In this document: piece after piece, positions 12,001 through 18,037 of the stretch
Layout: the number at the start of each line of letters is the position of its first letter
Position numbering within the stretch: position 1 is the stretch's first letter
Virus record (IMG/VR): IMGVR_UViG_3300030048_000005
Location: 1 to 49,463 of that record
DNA from: a virus
Lineage: Duplodnaviria; Caudoviricetes
Strand: one strand, 5' to 3'
Length of the DNA: 49,463 nt
The notes under the pieces: generated by a model
The model's input: only the letters and a program-made list of their open reading frames with translations
What the model was told of the DNA's origin: nothing
Databases searched by the model: none
Translations under genes and position numbers: made by a program

Positions 12001-12848
12001 TAGCCGTGAATACCATGATAGGATTAACCGACCTGTTACCCATTAACCCGATGGGAGCTGTAAAATCGGACGGTAAAGAATGGAAGATGCTTGCTAACAG
12101 CGTAACACCCGACTTAATGAAACCATGGGTTCAACTGGCCATCAATACAACCTATACCGGCGGAAATGTATTCAACCAATATGCGAATAATGCCGATCCA
12201 GGTTATGTGCAAGCCAGTAAGAATAAAAAAGGCGAACCATATGCACCGGCCATATTGGTATGGGCAGCACAAGAAACTGACAAACTCAGTGGCGGTGATG
12301 GTGTAATGCCCGGAAAGGTGAGTCCTAACCCCGATGTAATTAATCACTTGATGCGCGGATATATGGGTGGACTATACAGCATATTTATAAAGTCGGTGGA
12401 CTCAGGTGATAAACTGGTAGAAGGAAAAGAACTGAAAGTTCGTGATACTCCACTTAGTGCATTGTATACTTCGAAAGATGATATCAAAGAAAGTGATGCC
12501 GGACTACGAAAAGAGTACAACGACATTAAAGCAGCTATCAGTGACGAAAAACACTATATAAGCAAGTATAAAAGCAATGCCATGGATTTATACCGTAAAG
12601 GTGGAGATATTGGCAAGGTGGCAGAATATACGGCTAGAATGGCAACGTTATCAACACAGAAGTACAACATGCTGAAATATCTTACTGCAGGAATATCGAA
12701 ACTTGAAAACGAAATGAAAGATGCACCCAACCCCGACGAACTGGCACAAAAGGCAAATGAGTTTAAAAAGTTTGCCGTAAGGATTAATAATGCCGGTAGT
12801 GATGAGGAAATGAAAGCGATACAAACTGAAATAAGCAGTAAACAGTAA
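51..12848 (+). CDS. Giant polyvalent virion/DNA-ejection protein (DarB-like concept), 4265 aa
   Basis: InPase-like domain (PTEKQKETG..YGELDGTIGYDGDPIDVF..FDESKVMLGF, ~4315-4850); N6A-MTase (FFPTP, VLEPSAGNG, MNPPF at 6789-6803); HENTH (~7374-7388); ART-PolyVal-like (FWKWFGDSK..VYRGT..QIKSATGNDG, ~7830-8355); LPD23-like plus HEIQH (GVDGKWRYE..GEVEARNVQ, ~8420-9170); LPD38-like C-terminus (VTVNFNRKG..FFNVAVQ). Confidence 0.85.
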   Translation: MPDIQQSLLDFDATIKAKPNLTTNELMAKFPEFNNDPKLLQAAHDYSATLNAGKYDQPTLNSKFPEFFGQKTPMARPEEQNFMFQGIPQQQQAVNGKQEAKPLTDKEAKKTIYGGMPGVTKIGDVSILPTGGGYQNTKGKASVEELPTQTKEVAVPTQSVYGDAPQLKVQTITTDPDAPVNDYVPNEYEKAMFKQAQTISRGVTEQEFNPQFYKDAAQGAINSLAGIGGSSLKGIGDITSKTESLAGVDFFDSYGKKIQDLGEKASNYARKNSNYSPGQKIGGLLPLAGAAVADIASGGALTPAITGVFAASGYGDGLEMYDEVNKGKETNEYARTGAGLLYGAVMAGAANYLVGKTIPKGLLSEAVQSVFKSNPELLRTGGEAVMNSFAKAQPSIVKQLMRNTLHGVGTMEAMDLSKNAIDEIYGKHHDLKDWINTATEAAVTGAIFSGLTSPFSIHAQSKANIERRNAQGQVAITFDEKGKPVEILSGNKGLTPEGKEVTLSENSLNNAYSMTTTDFNNALKQYATTGKATINERDVFSNKVAGTLTRLANNGNVTVARDENGNALYVIGKNNDGLMGMDVSGNVVNIPKESPMESANIADVHQSILHEYDKRNAFYQEPTYQQAISNPESIVNPTIPTDVDVMNPQPHIETGIKAAEAKRVMDEQLNGLGIQFDNTVLTLEPEAKKQVLADVMNDAQLNELQKQSIINYLSTTSKSIQLENAAQEALTTKLQQAQQQVEKSVNPTTGTVVTARIKGGDENESFPVISGLAVTKDESKQDQPWMVDPEKSEQAVYYKDADGKTQVTTADNMEVVSNATPYEQLAMLQEQYAQEDAMRQQAIQEGMRTSTSSVTTPKSPEGDLKSQVSENDVTNDQPVSDYTADEFVRLKDGTYGTITNVTPEGYEVTAENGTSKMVAESDILPETQLRGLSSGDTVSYTTSTGSVAEGILQIDPTLRKEGKILVNDEEINIDQLSTPKSPEGDLKNQVSENTGDVVDNVDDVKNTVDNTPQYPVLRDGTPDFNAMSDVQTFNYLKETEGEESAISAIKQVVKNTQNEIQTNNRAIDKFNKEKYSRTNKAKTLQAIASIKAGLKSEETKLNEKKVELEKRLEELNNLVSSKQSVVSSKQSAVKEPLSPKEEQENQVSENMGDIVDNIDNADAIKTIEPSIEESVPVREKQKSTQINPWDKRLQNLGEYLDVEDYVLRSIAGGMKFKWTGDGVNKGLGDELGLASSAEEKTARKGILSDDGITPQEFAHAIWDEYGGENNNGRIPGLDKLESQDILNFVLDVANSTQTKSEALKKSEEKHKNLDLNEEDYSIYQSFTPEELNYLEQIPDDILSSYIGITNFTPEQLDLITNLQNEYYANRQETTNNGQVDEQSASTGTGELSEGIANEEGSGSGEGTGLTQAERDTKELDDYIAEQAHNTNPTEKQKETGIYAKARVNLQHHNITIETLKGTERSGIDEGGQKWSVTMQNHYGELDGTIGYDGDPIDVFIGNNPKEGGIYVIDQITPANPSASLVPLEIGQSGQETSKFDESKVMLGFDSAEEAKAAYMSNYSEGWDGFSAITPAGEKFKHWLYDGKKQRKPFSEYVDTPDAVDASTSSATSSTGSATSEENIIDNEKSISLIPDSFTVQSFNDFENQFNNGEITLDAYKKAFEVLRSSKDAIISELNTKKKDELINSLSSWSRYAAKSEKKDRIVKAIYDDMLMTFTFGSIEYDFTTPHDVMIARKVARATQSDIDNHVAEVQKQRDIYKQRLEEFKKALTNPETLPEFKIFIDKNGIGKLSLEQKAKYDELVTDRTKEIRKQNNETQAQVSKVEGVSMSDVIDSKHTKTGAPLFVVKLNDRVDKDTYYELNSKAKKFGGSYSSYNKDGAIPGFQFKTREDAEKFKGLETENVSTINETTQEDKIQNRVSKLRDNANKMIEAAETELNRERLTNTSKRASEAGRMDERANEQKRIAQTMLNISDAIDRGDVKLLDGINAKTHIELLDGLIQQAKYKELNEKYSEYSERQKHQGEPATLETLEHLRGGYYPSLYVSRLKDLIKESLTKPGVKRIATKWEKNLAKFKETENIRLTSDTAVQEIQDMLNSSNEKYFFDPIKNSLADHKRLKAMGIENDSMLRSALREYIQYRGVKGEVDKVKQLERALVGKNVGIDFFPTPKKVVSEMLDYADIQEGMSVLEPSAGNGNIADAIKEQGIKPDVIEISNPLREVLSAKGYNLVGDDFMAFSGQKYDRIVMNPPFGTSTDIDHVLHAYDLLKQDGKLVAVMSESTFFRNDAKSVKFREFLDNNGSEIIDVDAGAFNDRTLLNTTGVKTRIVVIDKNDNHVSYQINPNDLIKNNVSLRDDFSTVEEKHADRVSLVREVEGSFGFKESYVPKDREDFIQKLSEYSVLNEREKVLINLGLIGGSETSDGIIINAMDAKTEKALATTILHENTHSIVHENFTSEDFDAAKEYMSELEPIYLNDIEIQNYNEDQKADEIMAYATQELLNKNSIQDIINGTVNYSSVHEQIQPQIQKIVNTIQNENNSYQSRNSTISGKPDGRRVSGTSTTFGKRKYPSRPRKNEGSDNRSSDDASASSATRDTIDIDGKQRSTTNSLGKPIHSTEEGIRNFWKWFGDSKAVDNSDRPLIVYRGTKTDQGSIIGNGKTPIFFTDNLEAAKNYANGMGFSKPENPTIIEAYLKTLDPKIEDFEGEEDNNVIWNAEDLIQSKENDGYFALNTNDGQFELNQYIVFLPTQIKSATGNDGSFSPDTSDIRYQIIGENGAEMLDASTSSATDTEASTRLNDLRVAKEMEATKTPQEIRLATDWEKGVDGKWRYEVADGKLSGTLTSEPVSLSEVWSDEQLFTAYPQLKEIQINVEPFNGKYSAMNFPDENKITVYQSRNGSIPQSANSFITHEIQHSIQEIEGFSLGSNIDVEIDKVNAKANNLSFEEYKDAISSFEKELENKKQELDQINNSKRWNKSWKAAGVEVEINKLKAELKKLVNTTSSEQEAFDNYRKSAGEVEARNVQSRLELTTEERRNTLLAETADVKPEEQRFDRLSDPASTSSLPESVTKPKYAASLSDYAAQIVKYNDEIKAIEDRKKELKKQHEDKQISNLDFSKEVKSLNEEKFDLETKVKRIEAGTSKPEDFASTSSATATSSATDGSTSSPTATSSATPTSTGSVSRKLAREAGNPITEKLRDELDNKMERGISKLTFAIQEAYQDQHIAVKHFQDVLINNGLKITPINDWYMRSTSLGGMNDSQMDAYEHRFNLPIMKEVNRMEKISSYRDIENYMMLKHGIERNEWMDRQRLIEWANNWKVSKIKSIEKPSDPLEMVDYDNKISKIDERYKERVALINKTPEEVEKHWNDWLEEKINKLNTNEKYKEIWLTSTSASSVNTAGSANATSSANATYADSEAVDEYAQKIENLTNQAKKRLEETKIDSTKDYSGITAIEEEVEIPAKQYIDEFEAKQDTAKFWDLINKSTKNACKVQFENGMIDKETFEDLKTRFQYYIPLRGFDKEIAEDKYDYSPDMGTHFVAPLIKAKGRTSRPETPFAYIFSMNHSAITQANKNNLNQAWVRLARQDKSGMLTLKQAWYKKVGETDDKQPIWEQQSPEWNADPEQYATNITKFEADMQTLADKGEAMQKRGKLDIGLFVKPKQAKQHEIHVFENGTEQVVYINANPKVARAINGDNRVEAGKFFDAISVVQRWMAANFTSRNPLFMATNLERDLTFATTTLGVKEGLAYQANFIKNIPVSIKAISSMMMGKGSVKNKYDQYAEEFVMNGGKTGYTHIVEIKQVQKRIEDEIKSGKVHEPSMIFKIFEVGNLVAENTTRLATYITSREAGRTIPEAVNNAKEVTVNFNRKGSGALGADEMRKSFLFFNVAVQALDNMVKTTKQHPWRMAGLLASFVATGILAPMLTQLLGGDEAEAAYNNLSEWDRQNNWCIWTGDGFVKWSLPQELRVFHSLGDNIYRSIQGKVSTTELAVNTMIGLTDLLPINPMGAVKSDGKEWKMLANSVTPDLMKPWVQLAINTTYTGGNVFNQYANNADPGYVQASKNKKGEPYAPAILVWAAQETDKLSGGDGVMPGKVSPNPDVINHLMRGYMGGLYSIFIKSVDSGDKLVEGKELKVRDTPLSALYTSKDDIKESDAGLRKEYNDIKAAISDEKHYISKYKSNAMDLYRKGGDIGKVAEYTARMATLSTQKYNMLKYLTAGISKLENEMKDAPNPDELAQKANEFKKFAVRINNAGSDEEMKAIQTEISSKQ
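2596..2646 (+). repeat. Family A unit (2596-2615) abutting a family B hairpin (2616-2646), in frame in the giant protein
   Basis: cttcgacaagctcagtgacc + acccctaaatcccctgaaggggacttgaaga; encodes TSTSSVTTPKSPEGDLK. Confidence 0.9.
2875..2894 (+). repeat. Family A unit, in frame
   Basis: cttcgacaggctcagtggcc (TSTGSVA). Confidence 0.85.
2982..3012 (+). repeat. Family B hairpin repeat, in frame
   Basis: Identical to 2616-2646; stem TCCCC-TGAA-GGGGA. Confidence 0.9.
3403..3450 (+). repeat. Heptamer-type (CAGTAAG/TAGTTAG) tandem run, in frame
   Basis: tagttagtagtaagcagtc twice at a 21-nt period; encodes VSSKQSVVSSKQSAV. Confidence 0.75.
4864..4904 (+). repeat. Two tandem family A units (21-nt period), in frame
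   Basis: Encodes ASTSSATSSTGSAT just after the InPase-like domain. Confidence 0.9.
7804..7823 (+). repeat. Family A unit, in frame
   Basis: cttcggcaagctcagcaacc immediately before the ART-like domain. Confidence 0.9.
8389..8408 (+). repeat. Family A unit, in frame
   Basis: cttcgacaagctcagcaacc between the ART-like and LPD23-like domains. Confidence 0.9.
9194..9248 (+). repeat. Family A unit plus an interrupted unit
   Basis: cttcgacaggctcagcgacc (read as RFDRLSD), then cttcgacaagctca-ttacccgaa-tcagtgacc. Confidence 0.8.
9481..9584 (+). repeat. Array of five family A units, in frame
   Basis: Units at 9481, 9501, 9523, 9543 and 9565; encodes ASTSSATATSSATDGSTSSPTATSSATPTSTGSVS. Confidence 0.9.
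10210..10270 (+). repeat. Three degenerate family A units (18-nt period), in frame
   Basis: cttcggcaagctcagtgaac-acggcaggctcagcgaac-gcgacaagttcagcgaac. Confidence 0.8.
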
Positions 12849-12870
12849 ACAGTAAACAGTAAGCAGTAAA
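12836..12870 (+). repeat. (CAGTAAA)n heptamer run overlapping the stop codon of the giant gene
   Basis: cagtaaa x3, cagtaag, cagtaaa. Confidence 0.85.
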
Positions 12871-12872
12871 AC

Positions 12873-12911
12873 AAAACAGCTTCTCGAGAGATCGGGAAGC
12901 TGTTTTTTTTT
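12873..12911. terminator. Probable bidirectional intrinsic terminator between convergent genes
   Basis: aaaacagcttctcga-gaga-tcgggaagctg followed by T9. Confidence 0.85.
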
Positions 12912-12946
12912 GGGTTATTCTGTGGACAATGGGAACTCATCGAAAA

Positions 12947-13150
12947 TCAATAAAACTTGTAAGTATCAACTTTTACTTTTTCTCCATTGATTAATGCTAA
13001 TACAGAACCTTTGTTCCATCCAACACTGATAGGTTCAGTAGTTAGTTCCGCTTTAAATTCACCAACTAATTTTCCAATAAGTTTACACTTGTTCGTTTTT
13101 GCAAGGAAATAATCACCCTTTCCATCTTGATAAATAAAATATTTTTTCAT
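12947..13150 (-). CDS. Hypothetical protein (67 aa)
   Basis: ORF in the leftward operon, preceded by the 28-bp inter-gene repeat. Confidence 0.65.
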   Translation of the reverse strand: MKKYFIYQDGKGDYFLAKTNKCKLIGKLVGEFKAELTTEPISVGWNKGSVLALINGEKVKVDTYKFY

Positions 13151-13159
13151 GTTTTGATG

Positions 13160-13525
13160 TCACTTACCTGTACAGTGAGAGGTTTTTAGTATTGGGTTAT
13201 TTTTATTTTTGGGGACATTGGGGACGGTTGGGAAAATTAAATTGCCCAAGGCGTAAGTTCAGGATTTTTATAGACACTACCTATTTTAATTGCCTGACCT
13301 TTTTCGCCCATTTGAAGTCCAACATGACATGACTGTGTTTTATCTTCAAACTGTATTCTAAACTGACAAGAATTTTTTTCATATCGAATTACACCCAATG
13401 CTTCTTGATTGGGCCATTGAATAATATCACCTTCATGTAATGGGATATTTTTATAATCAGATACTCCAATAAAATTTCCTCCAAACATAATTTAATATCA
13501 CTTACCTATACAGTGAGAGGTTTTT
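13160..13525 (-). repeat. 28-bp direct repeats (13160-13187 and 13498-13525) flanking one small gene
   Basis: tcacttacctgtacagtgagaggttttt vs tcacttacctatacagtgagaggttttt (1 mismatch). Confidence 0.9.
13237..13488 (-). CDS. YopX-like protein (C-terminal part)
   Basis: G..D..N.PLHEGDII...KIGSVYKNPEL resembles the YopX C-terminus. Confidence 0.6.
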   Translation of the reverse strand: MFGGNFIGVSDYKNIPLHEGDIIQWPNQEALGVIRYEKNSCQFRIQFEDKTQSCHVGLQMGEKGQAIKIGSVYKNPELTPWAI

Positions 13526-13985
13526 AAATGTTTATTTTAGGATGTAATGCAATTAAACTAGCGTGTATAGGATCAATAGATCCTGTAATAGAATGACTGA
13601 ATCCAATAGCAGGATCAAATCCAACAATGTACTTATCATAACTGACAATCTGAGTACCATTAAGTAAAGATTCTGAATCGGAATCAGTATTTAGAAATTT
13701 CAAACTTCTATTTAAAATATCACGACCCATTGACTCATGCATATTTTTAATCTTCATTCTTTCTTCTTTACGAGCAAATTTGCACAAGCGAAAGAATGAT
13801 TTTGTATTACTACCGGAATAAGATATGTTTTGGTACATGCTGCAAGAAACGGAACCGGTGAGTGGGTTCTGTGATTCTTTTATAGCAGGAAAAGAAGGAT
13901 GAATGTTGCGGGTAAATCCTTTTTTCAACTCTTTTTTGAGTTTACGAGGTAGCTTGAGTAATTTGTTTTTACATGGTAGTTTCAT
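13524..13985 (-). CDS. Hypothetical protein
   Basis: 153-aa ORF coupled to the upstream gene (4-nt overlap); KLPRKLKK motif. Confidence 0.65.
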   Translation of the reverse strand: MKLPCKNKLLKLPRKLKKELKKGFTRNIHPSFPAIKESQNPLTGSVSCSMYQNISYSGSNTKSFFRLCKFARKEERMKIKNMHESMGRDILNRSLKFLNTDSDSESLLNGTQIVSYDKYIVGFDPAIGFSHSITGSIDPIHASLIALHPKINI

Positions 13986-14353
13986 CGTTTTTTATTTTTA
14001 TGGGGACGTTTGGGACTATCTGGACTATTCAGATATGAATGTTTGAAAGATGGATCATCTTTTAATATTTCATATTCAGCAGGAGAAACAATAAAATCAT
14101 ACTGCATACCTATACTTTTGTAATATTTGTACTTTTTATCAGGATCATTAGAATCAATATAATTTCCGACATTTAATATCCCACAAATATGTTCAGGAAT
14201 TATTAATTCACGTTTTACAATTTCCTTTGGATTATGACAAAACACAGTTTTAAAAACCTGTTCAAATGACGCATTTTCAGGTAATACAATAATATGTTTA
14301 TTATATTCTTCTTCAGTAATTTCTACCCAATTATGATTATGTTCTATTCTCAT
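13982..14353 (-). CDS. Hypothetical protein
   Basis: 123-aa ORF with 4-nt overlaps on both sides; C-terminus derives from a 9-nt-period repeat. Confidence 0.65.
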   Translation of the reverse strand: MRIEHNHNWVEITEEEYNKHIIVLPENASFEQVFKTVFCHNPKEIVKRELIIPEHICGILNVGNYIDSNDPDKKYKYYKSIGMQYDFIVSPAEYEILKDDPSFKHSYLNSPDSPKRPHKNKKR

Positions 14354-14733
14354 GTTGGTAATTCATTTACTTTGTTGATAATATCAGGGACATCGTGTAT
14401 GTTTCCGGCAATAGTACAAATATCGTCATCAGTTCCATGAGCTAGTGAAAATTGTATTTCGCAGATGGCCGAGACTGTTTCCATACCATATCCGGCATGG
14501 TAATACACATCACCGTCGTAATACTCACCGTATTTGTTTATGTGGCGGAGCTGCCCAACGGTTTCAGGTAGTACTTCAATTTCCTTTAAGATCGTTTCAC
14601 GAGAATATGGCTGTATTTCTTCCTGAAGAATGAAATGTTTACGCATAATCGCTTTTTCGGCATAGAATCCGTACACCCATTCAGTAGATTTATCTTTGCG
14701 CTTAGCGCGGTGTTTGATTGGTAATGTTGGCAT
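14350..14733 (-). CDS. YopX-family protein
   Basis: IKHRAKRKD..EWVYG..EVLPETVGQ..YDGDV..IAGNIHD. Confidence 0.75.
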   Translation of the reverse strand: MPTLPIKHRAKRKDKSTEWVYGFYAEKAIMRKHFILQEEIQPYSRETILKEIEVLPETVGQLRHINKYGEYYDGDVYYHAGYGMETVSAICEIQFSLAHGTDDDICTIAGNIHDVPDIINKVNELPT

Positions 14734-14747
14734 GGTGGTAGATTTTA

Positions 14748-14768
14748 CTTCGGCTACGCTAAGTAACC
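14748..14768 (+). repeat. Family A2 unit, intergenic between minus-strand genes
   Basis: cttcggctacgctaagtaacc, in the same orientation as all other copies although the flanking genes are on the minus strand. Confidence 0.8.
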
Positions 14769-14773
14769 TGTTA

Positions 14774-15277
14774 TTAATTGATATTTTTACTAGTTATAAA
14801 ATAGTGAATAGAAGAAACAATACATCCGGATATTAAGCACAGAAGATGAAGAAGGCCGGCGCTGTTTGGTTTGAAGAAGCTAATGATAAGCGATAATATA
14901 ATAAAAGATATTCCGGTGAATAGTTGGGCCTTATTTTTAATCTCGATCTTACCGATAAATACCAGAAAGAAGTATATACCAATCATAGCGTATATCATAG
15001 CACTTGAACCCACCACTACCCTACTGTAAATGCATAGAAAAGAAACAGCGAATGCAATGCTCAGCGCAATAACTGCAATGTGCCAGGACGAAATATATTT
15101 TTCGAGTACCCGGAACAGAAAGAAAAAAGAAATACAGTTGATCAATAAATGCATGAACCCGGCATGTTGAAATGAGTACGTTATATGCGTACTCCATGAT
15201 GACGTGGCGGTATACCCCAGTTCTAAACCGAAGAACATGTATGTTAGGATGAATGAGAGGATAAAGAGGTGTTTCAT
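14774..15277 (-). CDS. Rhomboid-family intramembrane serine protease (minimal)
   Basis: Multiple TM helices; TYSFQHAGFMHLLIN, VVGSSA (catalytic Ser), LLHLLCLISG (catalytic His). Confidence 0.85.
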   Translation of the reverse strand: MKHLFILSFILTYMFFGLELGYTATSSWSTHITYSFQHAGFMHLLINCISFFFLFRVLEKYISSWHIAVIALSIAFAVSFLCIYSRVVVGSSAMIYAMIGIYFFLVFIGKIEIKNKAQLFTGISFIILSLIISFFKPNSAGLLHLLCLISGCIVSSIHYFITSKNIN

Positions 15278-15294
15278 AGGATTTAAATTATTTG

Positions 15295-15630
15295 CTAGTT
15301 TTGGAATAACCAGGTTTTATCTATTATTTGAGAAATTAAACGAATACATAACCTATCTTCTTGCGCCTTATCAAACATCAATAAAATTGGTTGTTCTACA
15401 AGAGTTGAAAGTGTATAAAACATACTATTCATTAATTCATTATCGAATTTACAAACAGTAATACTTTCAAATTTTTTGTCGCATATTTCTACTTGCTCTT
15501 TAAAATCGCAATATTCACCAATAAAATGAATGAATTGATTATTGGGGAGTAAAATAAAATAGCTACATTTTAAATTTATAGCTTTTTTTATCATACTTGC
15601 CAGATCTATTGTTGAAACTAAAATTTTCAT
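15295..15630 (-). CDS. Hypothetical protein
   Basis: 111-aa ORF in a tightly packed operon. Confidence 0.6.
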   Translation of the reverse strand: MKILVSTIDLASMIKKAINLKCSYFILLPNNQFIHFIGEYCDFKEQVEICDKKFESITVCKFDNELMNSMFYTLSTLVEQPILLMFDKAQEDRLCIRLISQIIDKTWLFQN

Positions 15631-15649
15631 ATTGTATGAATTTATTTAA

Positions 15650-15979
15650 TTAGCACGAATACGGTATTTTCAACCATAATTCAAGTCCTTTAATTTTAGC
15701 ATAAATAAAGCCTGAATACGAATCACCTTCTATTCCTATGCTCCACTGCTCGATATGAGTTATGGTAAGATTTCCGTACTCTTCTTCTGTTTGTTCGGTA
15801 CCTTTCGGCTCTTTTACAATTTCAATTTTGCCGGTTATATCGCAGTCAGTTAGCAGATCGGTAAAATCATCTTCATGAACTTTGAATTCGGAAAGAATTC
15901 TATTGTTATGTTCGCACACTTCACTTTCCCATTTCATTAATTCACTGTATGCATCATCATGCTGTTTTTGTGTTGCCAT
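15650..15979 (-). CDS. Hypothetical acidic protein
   Basis: 109-aa ORF; GDSYSGFIY motif near the C-terminus. Confidence 0.7.
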   Translation of the reverse strand: MATQKQHDDAYSELMKWESEVCEHNNRILSEFKVHEDDFTDLLTDCDITGKIEIVKEPKGTEQTEEEYGNLTITHIEQWSIGIEGDSYSGFIYAKIKGLELWLKIPYSC

Positions 15980-15997
15980 TTTATTTTTAGTTAGTAA

Positions 15998-16387
15998 TTA
16001 ATCAACTGGGAAATATCCATATTCAGGATTGAACGAACGCAAAGAACAACATTGTCGTTCTTTCTTATTTAGCCAACCGACAAGAATATCCATATCCCAT
16101 TCTTGAATTTCCATAATTTCAGTATCGCCGGGAATGGCCTTGCATATTAATCGCTTTGGCATATCTTCCGCTTTTCGTTTTTCCCACCAGTTTAGTTTTC
16201 GGAAAAGGTGCGGGTACTTATCAAATATTTCATCGTTTGATGATAAATGATCAGTGTCATTTATTCTGGCGTACAGGAAAACCGAAGTATCTGCAATATT
16301 TTCTACCAAATCACCAATTTGATACGGATTAAAAGGATAGTCGGCTATTACTTCGTAGCGTGGTGTGAGTAATTGTTGTGTAGTCAT
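15998..16387 (-). CDS. Hypothetical phage protein
   Basis: PRYEVIADYP..KYPHLFRKLNWWEKRK..MP. Confidence 0.7.
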   Translation of the reverse strand: MTTQQLLTPRYEVIADYPFNPYQIGDLVENIADTSVFLYARINDTDHLSSNDEIFDKYPHLFRKLNWWEKRKAEDMPKRLICKAIPGDTEIMEIQEWDMDILVGWLNKKERQCCSLRSFNPEYGYFPVD

Positions 16388-16396
16388 AGGATTGAA

Positions 16397-17206
16397 TTAT
16401 TTATTTTCAAACATATTGTAGTCACGATTTACGAAATTATCACCTAACTGATCATTTGTATAATGGCTGAGTTTTTGAATTGATTCTTTCAAATATATTT
16501 TAGGTTGTTCCCATATATCATTGAGCCACTCAACGAAGGTTTGAACTTCTACTTTATCATATTTACCACCTGACAATAAACCAATCTTATATAAGTCGCA
16601 AAAATCTAAAGTTGCAGAAATCATATTTTTTGCAGAAATAAAATCAATAATCGGTTCAATACTAGCAAATGTTTTAAATCCTGCTTCATGAAGTTTTTGC
16701 ATTGCTACAATACGTTCAGCGTTAGTATTTGCACCAGGTTCTAATATGTCATGTCCGGTAAGTGTAAATCCGAATGCAATTAATTCAGTTGGAAATTTAA
16801 ACCCGGAGATTTGTTTTAGAAACGCATCTACGAAATCAGCACGTTTTGTAAGAATTTTTACAGGTATTTTTGACATGTAGCAAATTGTCATAGCTGAAAA
16901 TGTCAAATCCATTGTCTCCTTTAGCATTGGATCACTGGTAAATGTGAAGAATAATCCATGTTTGCGAAGTTCTTCTATGTTTTGAAGTAATTCTTTTTCA
17001 AATACTTCTAAAGCATGAGCTTCGTTTCTAAAGCATTTCTTCAATTTGGGTTTATCTCCACCCAAAATAGATGCTCCACGTCCTTTTTTAAGATAGCAAT
17101 ATGTACAACCATTGCTGCAACCAACAAAAAAATTACAAGCCCAATAACTATACTCTCCTGCTTTACCGCTAGGATTATAAATTGCTTTACCATTGAATTT
17201 TTCCAT
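16397..17206 (-). CDS. Radical SAM protein (SPL/DUF5131-like)
   Basis: CxxxCxxC (CSNGCTYC), FTSDP, ILTK, ASIEP. Confidence 0.85.
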   Translation of the reverse strand: MEKFNGKAIYNPSGKAGEYSYWACNFFVGCSNGCTYCYLKKGRGASILGGDKPKLKKCFRNEAHALEVFEKELLQNIEELRKHGLFFTFTSDPMLKETMDLTFSAMTICYMSKIPVKILTKRADFVDAFLKQISGFKFPTELIAFGFTLTGHDILEPGANTNAERIVAMQKLHEAGFKTFASIEPIIDFISAKNMISATLDFCDLYKIGLLSGGKYDKVEVQTFVEWLNDIWEQPKIYLKESIQKLSHYTNDQLGDNFVNRDYNMFENK

Positions 17207-17214
17207 ATTATTAG

Positions 17215-17520
17215 TTATTTATGAAATTTATATTTACGTTGATGTCCTTTCGGACTATGTTTTGGACTTGGAATAAAATAATCCTGTAGTTTTTCAGGTT
17301 CACCCAGTGTGCATAGGTCCTGCATTACACGATTTTCACGTTCAGATAGTGAGTTGAGTTGATCAGCAAGTTCTTTCAATTCGCTTTTTTCAACTTGAGC
17401 TAAGTTTACAATTTGAACATCATTATCATCCAATTTTTTAGCGGCAATAACTTCACGAATAGATTTACCTATTCCACCGTCATCACCGCACACGACAACA
17501 ATTACTTTTTTTTCTGACAT
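17215..17520 (-). CDS. Hypothetical protein
   Basis: 101-aa ORF in the operon. Confidence 0.6.
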   Translation of the reverse strand: MSEKKVIVVVCGDDGGIGKSIREVIAAKKLDDNDVQIVNLAQVEKSELKELADQLNSLSERENRVMQDLCTLGEPEKLQDYFIPSPKHSPKGHQRKYKFHK

Positions 17521-17546
17521 AGTACTAGTTATTAAATTGAGGACAA

Positions 17547-17888
17547 TTATGACTGTTGAATAGTCTGTTTTTTATTTTTAGACTTCAATGTTTCAGTAAT
17601 GATCCTGCGGACTGTTCTTTCAGATACAAATCCGGAAGGTTGGTTTTCGTATACGAACCAGATAGAAGCATTGATATTTTGAAGTTCGAGGAATTTGAGT
17701 CGGAAGATGCGGTATACATCCTTTTCGAAGTCGGATTTCAGTCGAGTACGCCCACCATAAATAATGTTGCGGATATATTTAATGGAATAAAAAGACGGCA
17801 TTGATAATTCCGAAATTTGTTGGAAAGACATGTTTTGATTGGCCCACATGTTGAATATTTCCGCGTTTCTTTCTGTAGCGTTTTTCAT
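17547..17888 (-). CDS. HTH DNA-binding protein (Mor-like), candidate late-gene regulator; start re-called at 17888
   Basis: ERNAEIF and SERTVRRII HTH-like segments; TATATTTG promoter element upstream on the minus strand. Confidence 0.6.
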   Translation of the reverse strand: MKNATERNAEIFNMWANQNMSFQQISELSMPSFYSIKYIRNIIYGGRTRLKSDFEKDVYRIFRLKFLELQNINASIWFVYENQPSGFVSERTVRRIITETLKSKNKKQTIQQS

Positions 17889-17943
17889 ACGTTTTGTAAG
17901 TATTTGTAGTTTTAATGCTACAAATATACATCTTTTATTTAAT

Positions 17944-17960
17944 TTGACATCGTGGGCAAA
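17944..17960 (+). promoter_or_regulatory. Conserved 17-bp motif upstream of the head operon (second copy upstream of the portal)
   Basis: ttgacatcgtgggcaaa vs ttgacaacgtgggcaaa at 45812-45828. Confidence 0.65.
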
Positions 17961-18037
17961 TAAAAATATAGAAAAAGTATTCATTTGTATTCAATTATGT
18001 GAGTCACAATGACCAACAAACCCAAAATTATCGTAAA

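Noticed and set aside
168-12940. Numerous antisense and alternate-frame ORFs within the giant gene and elsewhere
   Set aside because: Shadow ORFs of long coding regions; recurring VAELVEA/LSLSK peptides are other frames of the family A repeat
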